A DNA stretch of 64,000 nucleotides from Chiloscyllium plagiosum (Eukaryota). The notes beneath the pieces are model-generated. The model did no database searches. It was not told the DNA's origin and was given only the letters and a program-made list of their open reading frames with translations. The stretch spans positions 12,945,399-13,009,398 of the forward strand of contig NC_057751.1 in the NCBI RefSeq assembly GCF_004010195.1. Reading direction: 5' to 3'. Numbering within the stretch: position 1 is the stretch's first letter; the number at the start of each line of letters is the position of its first letter. A program made the position numbers and the translations under genes. This document shows positions 23,529 to 36,159 of the stretch, in pieces.

Positions 23529-25760
23529 GAATATGTGGCAACTAATTTTCAACAGTAAGCTCTGATCAACAATAGTGGGATATTGACCAAGTAATTTATT
23601 TTAGTGATGTTACTCAAGGGATGTAGGTATTGCTGAAGACACCAGGAAAAGCTATCCAGTTCTCCTCCATTGCTGTCATCCCACCTTTTGCATCCATCCG
23701 AAAGAACATATGGTGCCTCAGTAGATTTTACTTGCGGAAGGATGACATCTCCCCCTATACTCTCCTGCCAACAATGACAGCACTCCTTCAGAATAAACCC
23801 TTAAAGACCGCAGTGTTTTCCCAGCTAGGAAACTATAGCTCTCCCTCAGTGCTGATTCTCCACCTGTCCGGCACATCTTCAACTGACCCTTTTTAGCGCA
23901 GGACTCCCTCAGTATTGACCCTCCGACAGTGTGGCACTCCCTCAGTACTGACCCTCCGACAGTGCAGCACTCCCTCAGTACTGATCCTCCAACAGTGTGG
24001 CACTCCCTCAGTACTGACCCTCCGACAGTGTGGCACTCCCTCAGTACTGATCCTCCGATAGTGCAGCACTCCCTCAGTACTGACCCTCCGACAGTGCAGC
24101 ACTCCCTCAGTACTGACTCTCCGACTGTGTGGCACTCCCACAGTACAGAACCTCCGTCGGTATGGCACTTTCTCAGTACTGACTCTCTGACTGTGTGACA
24201 CTCCATCAGTACTGACCCTCCGACAGTGCAGCATTCCCTCAGCACTAACTCTCCGACAGTGCAGCACTTCCTCAGTACTGACTCTCTGACTGTACGGCAC
24301 TTCATCAGTACAGACCCTTCGACAGTGCAGCATTCCCTCAGTACTGACCCTCCGACACTGCAGCACTGACTCTCCGACAGTGCAGCACTTCCTCAGTACT
24401 GTCCCTATCACAATGGGGTATTTCCTGAGTACTGACCTACTAACAATGCAGCACTCCCTCAGTACAGGCCCTTTGACAGTATGACACATCCTCAGTACTA
24501 ACCACCGACAGTGCGGCACTCCCTCAGTACCGACCCATTGACAGTGCAGCACTCCCTCAGTACAGACCTTCTGACAGTGAAGCACTCCCTCAGTACTGAC
24601 CCTCCGAGAATGCTACACTCCCTCAGTAGAGACCCTCCGACAGATCAGCACTCCCTCAATACTGACCATATGACAGTGTGGCGCTCCCTCGGTACTGACC
24701 CTCCAACAGTGCAGCGCTTCCTTAGTACTGATCCTATCACAGTATGACGCTTCCTCAGTACTGGCTCTCCGACAGTGGGCATTCCCTCAGTACTGACCCA
24801 CTGACAGTGCAGCACTCCCGTAGGTTCTGACCTTCTGACAATACGGTACTCCCTCAGCACTGACCCTCTGATAGTGCAGCACTCCCTCGGTATGAACCCT
24901 CCGACAATGCAGCACTCCCTAATTACTGACCTACACAACAGTACGCCATCCATCAGTACTGACCCTCTGACAGTACGGAACCCTTCAGCATTGACCCTCT
25001 GACAGTGCAGCACTCCTTCAGTACTGACTCCCATGACAGTATGACATCCCTCTGTACTGACCCTCCAACTGTGTGGCACTCCCTTGATACTGACCTACCA
25101 ACAGTGTAGCACCTTCTCAGTACTGACCTTCTGACAGTGCAGCACTCTCTCAGTACTGACCCACCGACAGTGCAGCACTGTCTCAATACTGACTCCCAAC
25201 AGTGCCACGCTCCCGCAGTATGGAAACTCCAACAGTGTGGCACTCCCACAGTATTGACCCACTGACAGTGTGGCACTCCCTCAGTATCAACCCTCCGGCA
25301 GTGCAGCGTTCCCTCATTACGGACCCTCCGACAGTGTGGCACTCCCTCAGTACTGATCCTCCGACAGTGTGGCACTCCCTCAGTATTGAACCTCCGACAG
25401 TGCGGCACTCCCTCAGTACTGATCCTCCGACAGTGCGGTGTTCCCTGAGCACTGATGCTCTGACAGTGCGGTGCTCCCTCAGCACTGACGCTCCGACAGT
25501 GCGGCACTCCCTCAGTACTGACGCTCCGACATTGTGGCACTCCCTCAGCACTGATGCTCCGACAGTGCGGCACTCCCTCAGTACTGACGCTCCGACAGTG
25601 CGGCACTCCCTCAGTACTGACGCTCCGACATTGCGGCACTCCCTCAGTACTGACGCTCCGACATTGTGGCACTCCCTCAGTACTGACGCTCCGACAGTGC
25701 GGTGCTCCCTCAGCACTGAATTGTGACAGTGCCTCAGTTTGTATTCAAGACTGGAGAGTG
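23529..25760 (-). mobile_element. Decayed SacSINE1/DeuSINE-like element split by the 33-bp array
   Basis: The left flank (gtggcaactaattt..aagctc..ttttagtgatgtt..gacaccagg..cttttgcatcca) and right flank (cactgaattgtgacag..caagactggagagtgg) resemble consecutive parts of the recalled consensus in reverse orientation. Confidence 0.55.
23903..25719. repeat. 33-bp tandem repeat array, about 55 units
   Basis: Unit cactccctcagtactgaccctccgacagtgcag, containing the palindrome tcagtactga. Confidence 0.95.
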
Positions 25761-25774
25761 GTTAGGCTGAGCCG

Positions 25775-25940
25775 AAATCTGCCCTCTCAGATCGGTGCAA
25801 AGAAATGCTGTTCTATTATTTGAGTGAGTCCAGAGAAATATACTGTTGATTTACCACATTCCTCACTAAACAATTCAAAAACAGAATTATTGGTCATTGC
25901 TGCTTGTGGGAGCTGACATAGGTCTGGCTGAATTGGTGAT
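25775..25940 (+). mobile_element. DeuSINE-like central domain relic
   Basis: tctgccctctcag..aaaacagaattattggtcattgctgcttgtgggagct resembles the recalled Deu domain and is the inverse of the 23529-23710 segment. Confidence 0.5.
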
Positions 25941-26514
25941 GCACTAGCTTATTCTGAAGTAGTTTTTAGCAGAATGTGTCTGGGCTGCTGTTTTAACGAT
26001 GTATTTTATATTCTACCTGTCTCACTAGACCATTGTATGTGCTCATATGGAAAGAAGAGATTGTACATTTTTTAGGACATTGAGTTCCCAAAGGCCTTGA
26101 TAGTTGCGAGGTTCTCAGACGATTGTTCACTCAATTACAACAGCAGAGTAGAAAGTTTATTGGAAAGAGCAACTGGTCACAAGCAAATTGTATGTGTGAG
26201 GGGCATTCCCACTGATGACATGGACTGCAGGGTATGCATTGTTCTATCCTGCTTTGAAAACCTGCATCAGCTGAAATCATATTGACTCATTTCCGAACCA
26301 GATCAGTGCTCCCAATTTCTGTCCCTTGGACATTTTTCATCTTCTGTGTTTCTTATGTTCTTTCCAAGTGCAATCAGCATCATTCAAATATATTACTAAA
26401 TTTTACTTCTAATCTGGATGGAATTTAAACAGTCGAACGTAATAATCACGTAGAATGACAGTGCAAGAAAATTCCTTGTCAACAGCAGGACCTGAAAATG
26501 ATTGCTTCTTTCAT

Positions 26515-27538
26515 ATACAGTCATTGAGATGTACAGCACAGATGTACAGTACACCTTTCAGTCGAATTCATCCACGCCGACCAGATGTCCTAAATTAATC
26601 TAGTCCCATTTGCCAGCATTTGGCTCATATCCTTCTAAAACCTTTCTATTCATATTCCCATCCAGATGCCTTTTAAATGTTGTGATTGCACCAGCCTCCA
26701 CCACTTCCTCTGGCAGCTCATTCCATACACACACCACCCTCTGCATGAAAAAGTTGCACCTTAGGTCCCTTTTAAATCTTTCCTCTCTCACCTGGAACCT
26801 ATGCCCTCTAGTTCTGAACTCTGCTACCCTGGGGAAAAGACCTTGACTGTTCACCCTATCCATGCCCCTCATGATTTTATAAATTTTTACAAGCTGATCC
26901 ATCAGCCTCTAACCCTCCAGGAAAAACCGCCCCAGCCTATTCAGTCTCTTCCTGTAGCCCAAATCCTCCACCCAGACAAAATCCTTGTCAATTTTTTCTG
27001 AACCCTTTCAAGTTTCACATTATCCTTCCTAAAGGAGGGAGACCAGAATTGCACACAATATTACAAAAGTGGCCTAACCAATATGCTGTACAGCCTCAAT
27101 ATGACCTCCCAATTCCCAGACTTAGTTCTTTGACCAATAAAGGACAGAATACCCAAATGCCTTCTTCACTATCCAATCTACTTGCGACTCTACTTTCAAG
27201 GAGCTATGAACCTGCACTCCGATGTCTCTTTGTTCAGCAACACTTCCTAGAACCTTACCATTAAGCATGTAGGCCCTGCTAAGATTTGCCTTTCCAAAAT
27301 GCAGCTTCTCACATTTATCTAAATTAAACTCCATCTGCCACTTCTCAGCCCATTGACCCATCTGATCAAGATCTAGTTGTACTCTGAGATAACCTTCTTC
27401 ACTGTTCACTACACCTCCAATTTTGGTATTATCTGCAAACTTACTAACTATACCTCCTATGTTCACATCCAAATCAATTATATAAATGACGAAAAGCAGT
27501 TGACTCAGCACTGATCCTTTTGGCACTCCACTGGTCAC
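26515..27538 (-). mobile_element. CR1 LINE 3' ORF2 fragment
   Basis: VTSGVPKGSVL..SKFADNTKIGG..WQMEFNLDKC and WNELPEEVVEA. Confidence 0.9.
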
Positions 27539-28453
27539 CATCGATAAAATGTGGAGCTGGAAAAAGCACAGCAGACCAAGCAGTAACAGAGGAGCAGAAG
27601 AGTCAATGTTTCAGGCAGAACCTTTCACGCCCTTATCCAGAGCTTTATACATGGTGTCCCTGCAGACATGGTTCATCTTCGATCTCCAGACATGCAGAGG
27701 ATAACTGCCCATTATCGTACAGCACCTCTTTGAGCTTTGACATTGATTGCATTTGCGTCGCCAGATTCCTGCCAAACTCTGTAACCACACATTATTTCAA
27801 AGCAGATGCGAATTGCTGTGGCTGACTTCAGACCTGGATATGCATATACAGCCTTTTGGGAGAAACAAGAAGCCATTTCTCGATCTGTCTCAAAGCTACA
27901 GCAAACTGATCCTGGTGATTTACTTTCAATGCATCGATGAAAACCCTGTGTCCAGTGACATCTGCAGCTGAAATTGTTCCATGACTCTCCCTTTGAAAGC
28001 CATAATGATTTAGCTAATAATAACATTGTGGCTATATTGTAGCTCAATGAGTTGTTTTCTTAATTTGTATCTTTCTTACATAACTAATTGAAAATGTTTT
28101 CACCAGCTGAGCTCAACAAACTCTCAGATTTGTCCACATCTCTGGTTCCAAACTACTCAGGGCTTGGTTCTGACTGGACACTGTTATTAATTGTCACAAT
28201 GCAATTTCCTAGTGTTGCTGAGTCCACACTCAACTCCAACAGAAGCTGATCCAGTTATCGCCTCAATGTGGCTGATTCAAATTTCATATCAGAATCAAAA
28301 GGCTCTCAACTTGGGGGCGTGCCATCAGAACAAGTAGACAGTCATTTTGCACTGAGATCAGGAACAATTTCTTCACATAAAGCATTGTGAATCTTTGGAA
28401 TTCTCCAGCTTAGATGTTGTGGATGCTCAGTTGTTGAGTATATTCAAAACTCT

Positions 28454-29120
28454 TGTTACAACATAGGGTAAAGCCCCCTGCTTAGTTTAAACCAGCAACA
28501 CAGAAAAGATTTATCCCGTGCAGTAATCTGTGAAAATTAAAAACTTTATTTCTTAAAGTATAACAGAGAAATTTAACTAACAAAGCTATTTACAACTCCT
28601 TCCTCAAACCTATCTTTTATCTTCCCTTCTATAATACTCGTCTGATAAAACCCCCTGATTAAAATTTACCAAAAATTCAAGTTTTTAAAACCAGCCAGCT
28701 GTTGAATCTTCTATTTGGATTTTCCTGTGTCATCTTCTTCTTAGGGATTATGCTTCACAGGTCACAGATCGATAAAGGTATCTTTAAAAGAAAGCTTTTT
28801 TGGGGTAGTCTCTACATGCTGGTGACATGGCAGTTCTCCAACTGTTCAATTGTCCCCGGTCTTATACTCCCAAAGCATCGGAATTGTCATTGGCTTTTAA
28901 GATTGTCAATATACTAAATTCAAACTTGATTGAAATTTTTTTTGGAGGGGGTTTAATTTAAACTGATTGGCATAATTCGAATCTGTTTTTGTCTCCAGGC
29001 AACCAGCTATACTAAGTGCTGGCCACATGCTACGTTGTATCTTGTTGAGAACACTTGGTGCTGTAGGTAGTTCTGCTAGTTTATAATTTAAAGGTACAGT
29101 ACACCCATATCTTCATAACA
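28454..29120 (-). mobile_element. Solo LTR (667 bp) inserted in an old CR1 fragment
   Basis: Termini TGTTA...TAACA; 4-bp target-site duplication ctct (28450-28453 and 29121-29124); minus-strand TATA-like tataag (~28861-28866) upstream of aataaa (~28545-28550); the flanks rejoin as CR1 sequence. Confidence 0.8.
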
Positions 29121-30715
29121 CTCTAATTGAAAGATTACTTCTTAACAGTAAGGGAATTCAGGACGGTGGGGATTGAATGGGCAAAGTCATAAGGTGTGGC
29201 ACTGGAAAAGCACAGTAGGTCAGGCACATGAGCGTGATGGTTCAGCTATGATCTCAAGGGGCCATTCGGTCCACTCCTACTCTGATTTCAATCTGAAATT
29301 TGTACTTTTCCTGTCTAATTGCAAGTGCAATGTTTCAATTTTCACAGTAAGTTAGATAGAACTGCATTGCTTTGTAGCAGCCTTGATCAAAGCAGTTTTA
29401 TTGATGTGTTTTTGCCTCTTGGGACTGTTTCCAGTAAATTGCACTGTACAATTCTCAGATCAAACAACAATTTTTGTTTGATTTTATGGTTGTATTTCTT
29501 CCCCCATCCCCTTCTACTTGTTGGAATATATCTCACTGTAAAAGTATCAAGTGCCATTGAGTCATTTTTATGACCATCCAAGTAGGTGGTAAAACCTCTG
29601 GGCAGGTTCTACATTAACTGGCAAGCAATTTGTTGCCAAGTAATTTCCTCCTCCCTTCTTATCACGTCTGTCACTTCCCTTTTGAAGTGTATTTAATCTT
29701 GCCAGTTTGTACAAAGTAAAATCTCACAATTAGCAGTGGACGAATGACCATTTAATCTAGTGTGGACAGTTTGAGGAGTGTAGGCCTAGGGGCTGCTGTG
29801 ATAAACTGTCATTCTGTTTTTTGAGAGATTCCACTGTGTTGTGAACACCTGCCTGAAGGATTGTAAAAGGCACAAGGGCCTTCCCTTCAAGGCCTCAGTG
29901 AGACCTTTCCCATTTTGTTCCAATGCTGACTGACAGCATTTCTGATGTTACTTCATTAATTGCAGCATGTAAAGTTTTACTTATAAAAATACTTCGGTTT
30001 TGATCGGTCATATCCTCCATCTGACTTTCACATCACTTTCATTTTGCTTCATTCACTATTCCACCCAACCAGAAAAAATTGACCTTAACACACATGCATG
30101 TTTTTGCTCTGTAGTTGGACTTTGTGCCGAAACTTGATTTCTTGCAGCAACATGCCCAACCCCGTCCCACATTGTTATGATAACATTGGATTAGGCTGTG
30201 ATACCATAAATGCTAAATCACTCATGAGTGAGCTCCAGGCTCATTGCAGAATGAGCAGTGAGGAAATAGGCTCTCAACAAGGGAACAGAAAGAAAGGATA
30301 AAATTGTGAAAGGGAAGTCCAGACCTTTTGTTTGCAGTCATGTTCAGTGCGGTGGAATAGCTCCAAGTGAATGTGAGAAACTAGGCTCAATCTGAGAAGT
30401 TCAACGAGTTTACATTGTGGACAGTAATGTTCCATTGTACAAAGCTTGGCAATCTGTTGAAACAAGAACCGACTTACAAGACCAATTAGTCTCAAAGCAC
30501 ATTTTGAATCTGGATGGATTTGTTTGAACACAGCTGCGCATCACCAGACAAGGGCCCCGATGAATTTGTGTGGTTTGCGTCTGAGCATTGAGAGAGTGTG
30601 TCCCTTCTGTACAAATTACACTCAGTGTTTCTTGAACATGCAGCACTTAGTTCCTGATAGACACACAAACTGATCTGTGCAAGACATTCAATTTCCTTGG
30701 AAGCATCTCTGAAAA

Positions 30716-30936
30716 TAGAATCATGTAATCCCTACAATGCAGAAAGAGGCCCCTCAGCCCATTGTGTCTGTACCAACCCGCCCCCCCCCCGCCCCCAAAG
30801 AGCATCCTACCCAAACCTACTCCCCTACTCTACCCCCATAACCCTGCATTTCCCATGGCTAATCCACCTAGCCTGAACATCCCTGGACACTACAGACAAT
30901 TTAGCATTGCCAATCTATTTAATCTGCACATCTTTG
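30716..30936 (-). mobile_element. HE1-like SINE 3' half
   Basis: ccctgcatttcccatggctaatccacctagcctg..gcacatctttg; homologous to 8650-8820. Confidence 0.7.
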
Positions 30937-30992
30937 CACTTGCCTTTTAGAACATGCATTCCTATTCCATCCCAAAGCATTTTATATCCAAT

Positions 30993-32560
30993 GATTTGAT
31001 TCGGTTTGATTTGATTTGTTATTGTCATAACATACCTAGGTGTTTTTCTTGCAGTACAGGCAGATCATACCACACAAAGTGCATAAGGATAACAGAACAG
31101 AGCAAGGAATACAATGTTACAGCACAGAGAAAGTGCACAGAGAGGGAGGTCAACATTAAATTTAAAATCTGATAGATCCATTCAGAAGTCAAATAACAGC
31201 AGGGAATATGCTGTTCTTGAATCTGTTATTATGTGTGTTTAAGCGTGTATATCTTCCACCTGTTGGAAGAGTGTATAACCAGGGTGGAAGGGGTCTTTGA
31301 TGATGCTGGCTGCCTTCCTGAAGGCAGCGGAAAGTATAGATGGAATCAATGGATGGAAGGTTGGTTTGCATAATGGACAGGGCCATGTTCACATCTCTCT
31401 GTAGTTTCTTATGGTCCTGAGCAGAATAGTTGCCATAACAAGCCGGGATGCATCCAGATATTATGCTTCCTATGGCACATTTGTAAAGATTGGTAAGAGT
31501 CTTAACAGACATCCTGAATTTCCTTAGCCTCCTGAGGAAGTAGAGGCATTGTTGTGCTTTCTTGACTGTCGTATCAACATGAGTGGATAAGGACAGGTTG
31601 TTGGTGATTGTCATTCCTAGGAAGTTAATGCTCTGTACTATCTCCACCTCAGCTCCATTGATGTAGACGGAGCATCCCTTCTACCTTGCTTCTGGAAGTC
31701 AATGACTAGCTCTTTTGTTTTGCTGGTGTTGAGGGAGAGATTGTTTTCTTTACACCATGCCACCAAGCATGCATCTCTTTGCTGTACTCTGTCTCATTAT
31801 TGCTGGAGATCTAGCCTGCAACAGTGGTGTCATCAGCGAACTTGTAAATGGAGTTAGGATGAAATTTGGCCAGAGAGTTGAGTGTACGGAGAATATGGTT
31901 AGTGGCTGAGTGCATAGTCTTGCGGGACACTAGTGTTGAGGTTTATCGTGGAAGAGATGTTGTTACCTATTCTCACTGATTATGGTCTGTGGGTCAGGAA
32001 GTTGAGAATCCAGTTGTAGAGGGTGGAGGAGAGACCTTGGTATTGGAGTTTGGCTGAAATTACAGTGTTGAAGGCGGAGCTGTAATCAAAAAGTATAATG
32101 TAGGTATCCTTAATGTCCAGATATTCCCGGAATGAGTCTTGGACCAGGGAGATGGCATCTACCATAGATCTATTGTGACAGTGGGCAAATTGCAAGGGAT
32201 CAAGGCAGGTTGGGATGATAGAGCTGATGTGCGCCATGACTAATCTCTCGAAGCATTTAATAATTATGGAGATCAGTGCCACCAGGCATGAGTTTTCTTT
32301 CGTACTGGGATGATGGTGGTCTACTTGTAGCAGGTGGGGACTTCAGATCATAGTAAGGAGAGGTTAAAGATGTTAGCGAATACTTCCGCCAACTGGTACA
32401 GGCAGGATCTGAGTGCACGACCAGGAACTCCATCTGGGCCAGTCGCTTCCCATTAGTTCACTCTCAAAAAGGCTAATCTGACATCTGCAGCGGTGACTGA
32501 GGGGATAGGTGGATCTAAGGCTGCCAGGGCAGGTAACACCATTTCACTGACCTTTTGTTT
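30993..32560 (-). mobile_element. Rex1/Babar-like LINE, RT to 3' end, decayed
   Basis: KCFERLVM..LDPLQFA..DYSSAFNT and VKKAQQCLYFLRRLRKF; (gattt)n tail at ~30993-31017. Confidence 0.8.
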
Positions 32561-32838
32561 GTGTGGAGTACCGTTGGACTGCAGCCAATGTTCAAATGTA
32601 GGAAATGCAGCAACCAATTTGCACTCAGCAAACTCTCACAAATAACATTATAATAATGCACAGATTGGTTGTTTCCTTAGCCATGTTAACTAAGGAACCC
32701 TGGAAAAAACTCGGCAGCTCTTCTATGAGCTGTAATCCTGTCATGAGGATATTGTTTAACTGTCTAATCTCTGCACCATGACTTTCAGTCAATACCTCTC
32801 TGGCCTCAATGAGACATGGTTTACAGCATCTTCAAGGA

Positions 32839-32993
32839 TGAGGAGAATCGACGTTTCGGGCATAAGCCCTTCTTCAGGCTTATGCCCGAAACGTCAATTC
32901 TCCTGTTCCCTGGATGCTGCCTGACCTGCTGCACTGTTCCCGCAACACATTTTCAGCTCTGATCTCCAGCATCTGCAGACCTCACTTTCTCCT
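32839..32993. mobile_element. Short Penelope pLTR insertion with an inverted end and target-site duplication
   Basis: TSD cagcatcttcaagga (32824-32838) and cagcgtcttcaagga (32994-33008); 28-bp inverted arms 32841-32868 and 32877-32904; minus-strand hammerhead core CTGAAGA-A-GGGC(TTAT)GCCC-GAA-ACGT-C. Confidence 0.85.
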
Positions 32994-34169
32994 CAGCGTC
33001 TTCAAGGAGGAAAGAAAGTTGGGATATTTATGGAGGGAATTTAGCACCAAGTCAGTTGAAGACATGGAATAGCCAACAATAGCAGAATGATTGTGGAGAA
33101 CTTTGATCAGGTGATATATGCAAGGAATCTCAGTGACTACATTATCCTGTGCAGAAGTTGGGACAGAGTAACAGTTTCAGAAGGAAGTGAAATATCTGAC
33201 TTGATCATGTTCGTTTGGATTAGAAGTGAAGGTAAAAGAATGTAAGTGAAGGAAAATGTTGTTTTTCAATCCCATGCATGGGAAACTGGACCATTAAAGG
33301 GTTCTATTATTTGCTGTTATTTTCTGATATCTGAACAAAAGGAATACATCCACTGTTCACAAAATAACATGGTGAGAGGGTTAAGGAAAACCAATTTCTC
33401 CAACCTTTTAATAAAGGACTCAAAGTGAAATTGTTGAACCAATCTATGGGATAATTCCATGATGTTTTGTTGTCTGCTTGGAAACCTATTACCAGGGCTT
33501 GATAGACAGAAGAATCTTTTATTGTAATTTATTGCTGGTAGTAGGGCCATGTAGCTAAATAGTTTCTGACGGAGGAAGCCCAAGGGATAGACTGAATAAC
33601 AATTGCAGGGAGCACAGAGTTCACCTTTCAGCTTTGGCTGACATTAAAGTGACTGCCTGCTCAATGTTTTGACATTTTTGGATTTATTCAGGTCTTTCAG
33701 AACACTGCACTGCAAGTTTACAGCGGTGCCAAGGCTGGTTCATCAATTGTGTAGTAATGTAACCGTTGAATGAGCACTTCTGACCATAGCTGGCGAGTAA
33801 AAGTGACATTCCACCTTCCTGTTGTCTTCTGCTCCCACTCCCTCTGATGAGGCGAGGCAGATAAAACCTACAAAGGAGCAGGCAGCAGACATGAAGCAAT
33901 ATAGTGCAATAAGCAACCGGTGTTGTTGGGGATCTGAATACTTGCACATCAACAGCCATTCACTGAAATGAATTAAACACTGAATTTGATTGAAGGCTGA
34001 AAGGGGTTTAATTCCAATTTAAAATTGCTTAGTTTTAGCTCGCAGCTCAAATGTGGCCCATCAGGAATGACCAAAGCTCACAACTTTTCTGATAGAGTTT
34101 GTGTGGCTTATCCACCCCTTTATTAGCTACAGACCCAGCTGTTCCAGTGCACTTGTGACTGCACTCCTA

Positions 34170-34690
34170 CCTTCTATCTGCAATAATGTGAGGCCATCGA
34201 AAACTGTGCTGCCCATGTTTTTCCTTGCACCAAGTCCTGTTCATTCATCATTGCTATGCTCATGACCTACATTAGCTCGAAGTTAAGCAAAGCCTCTATT
34301 TTACAAATTCTATCCTTGTGCTCAAATCCTTTTGTGACCTCACTCCTTCCCCATCTTTAGAATCTCCCCCATCCAGAGACTCCTCTTAGATCTCTGGATT
34401 CCTCTATTGCTGTCTTCGGGACATTCCTGATTTGAATTGTTACCCCATTGGTGACTGTGACCTCAGCTGCCTAGACTCTATGCTCTGGAGTACTCTCCCT
34501 CCACAACTCCATCTCACTTCCTTATTTCTCTCCTTACAAACACTCACCTTCCTCTGAACAAACCTTTGGTTGCTTGACCTCACATCTTCTCTTGCCTGGT
34601 TTCATATTTTATTTTGTAATGTTGCAATAAAGCTGATGGGATGTGTTCTTGTGTTAAAGCTTTTTAAACATAAGGTCCTGTTGTTGTTGT
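34170..34690 (+). mobile_element. Old L2-like LINE 3' fragment
   Basis: Degenerate L2-type C-terminal pattern (gacctacattagctc..ttacaaattctatccttgtgctcaaatcc..tcagctgcctagactctatgctctgg) and a ttgttgttgtt tail. Confidence 0.5.
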
Positions 34691-34821
34691 TCTCTACTGA
34701 TTGATTAATTATGATTAAAGTCTTCTTCCATTTTTCCATTTCATTCCAGGGAGATGAATGGTTGATGTCTGACATTAAGTGATAGCTGCCAATTAATAAT
34801 CTGCTGCTTCTTTCCGTTTAG

Positions 34822-34869
34822 GGAGATGTCATCAACACTCAGTGTGGATACCAGACGCTACAGCTAGAG
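34822..34869 (+). CDS. TSPAN15: Tetraspanin-15-like short internal exon: GDVINTQCGYQTLQLE
   Basis: 48 nt, phase 0/0; acceptor cttctttccgtttag, donor gtgagc. TspanC8 NTxCGY motif; splices in frame with both neighbouring exons. Confidence 0.9.
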
Positions 34870-36159
34870 GTGAGCAATGCCTTAAATCCAAATTTGTCTT
34901 TTTGATATCCAGATGCCAATGGACCAATTTTGTATTGATTTGTATTTCAAATTTCTGTCCTTTTTATGGGAATTAAGTTCTGGCAGCTACTGTGCTCAGT
35001 AACTTTGCTTGCCAGTATTTTCTCCTGTCTCAATCTTACAAGGTTGGGCTTCTGGATAGCAATTGCTCTTTTTCATAGTCCCTGTCAATCAGAGGCCTGT
35101 TCAGCTACAGAAGCAACACAGCCATATGCAATCCAGTCCGCAGACGCCTTCTGTGAGGACATTGGATGACCAATAGCAGGAAGAGTCCTGTCAGCTTCTT
35201 TACTGATACATCTGGTTCAAGGCAGCCCCAGGATTAAACATGCACCATTCTTAATCAGTACATTTTAAAGACCACCACTGGGGAAGCAGTTCATTGATCT
35301 AACAATTCAGCAGTCTTCCCATGAGGATCTAAAGAACTGAGCCACTTGAGCGATTATACTGGCACGTCCCAGTATTGATATGGCTGACTGTGAAGATGCT
35401 GAGAAGGCGCAAGTACTCAGGCAGAGAACTCACCTAATAGATATTGCCTGCATCTGTCCCCAAGTTACAGAAAAGTCAAGGAAGCTAAACCTTTCTGTAA
35501 CCCTGATTAGGTTTATTTAGAATAATGTGTCCAGTTCTGCCTACTATATTTTAGGAAAGACATTAAGGCTCAGAGATAATGCAGAAGAGATTTACTGTAG
35601 TGGAATTTTTTGCCTGGAATGACAAAAGAGACTTTGGTTGCGTGGAGAGACTGGTGAAACTGGAGTTTGTTTCCTTGAAGCAGAAAAAATTAAGGAGAAA
35701 CTGGGAGACGATTTTTTTTAAAAATCCTGAATGTTTTCAGTCAATGAGGAGAAACTAATTGCAGTTTTAGAAGAGTCGGTCAGCAGAAGGCACAGGTTTG
35801 TGGTCATTGGTAAAGAATCAATTGAGGAGGTAAAGAGAAGATTTTTTTTTTAAATAGTGCATTCCAGATCAAGAACAATTCAGAGTCTGAAATGGTGATG
35901 GAAGACAATTCAGCAGTAACTTTCAAAAATAAATTAAATCTCTGTCTGAAAATGGATTGGAAATCCTGCTAGACTGTGAGGAAAGGGCAAGAAGAAATGG
36001 AACTGATTTAACAGTTATTTCAAAGAGTCCTCACACATATGATGGGATGTATGGCTTCACTTTGTGTTGTCTTATTCTCTAATAGCTGTGGATTATTTTG
36101 TAGCTTCATGCTGCTAAACCGAGCTGGGAGGAATTCTCTCTCTCTCTCTCTCCGAACTA

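Noticed and set aside
23718..25823. Long repetitive ORFs (up to 239 aa; ECHTVGGSVLR and HSLSTDPPTV repeats), and a superficial CRISPR-like look
   Set aside because: A by-product of a 33-bp unit divisible by three, open on both strands. There are no unique spacers, no cas genes, and the context is eukaryotic.
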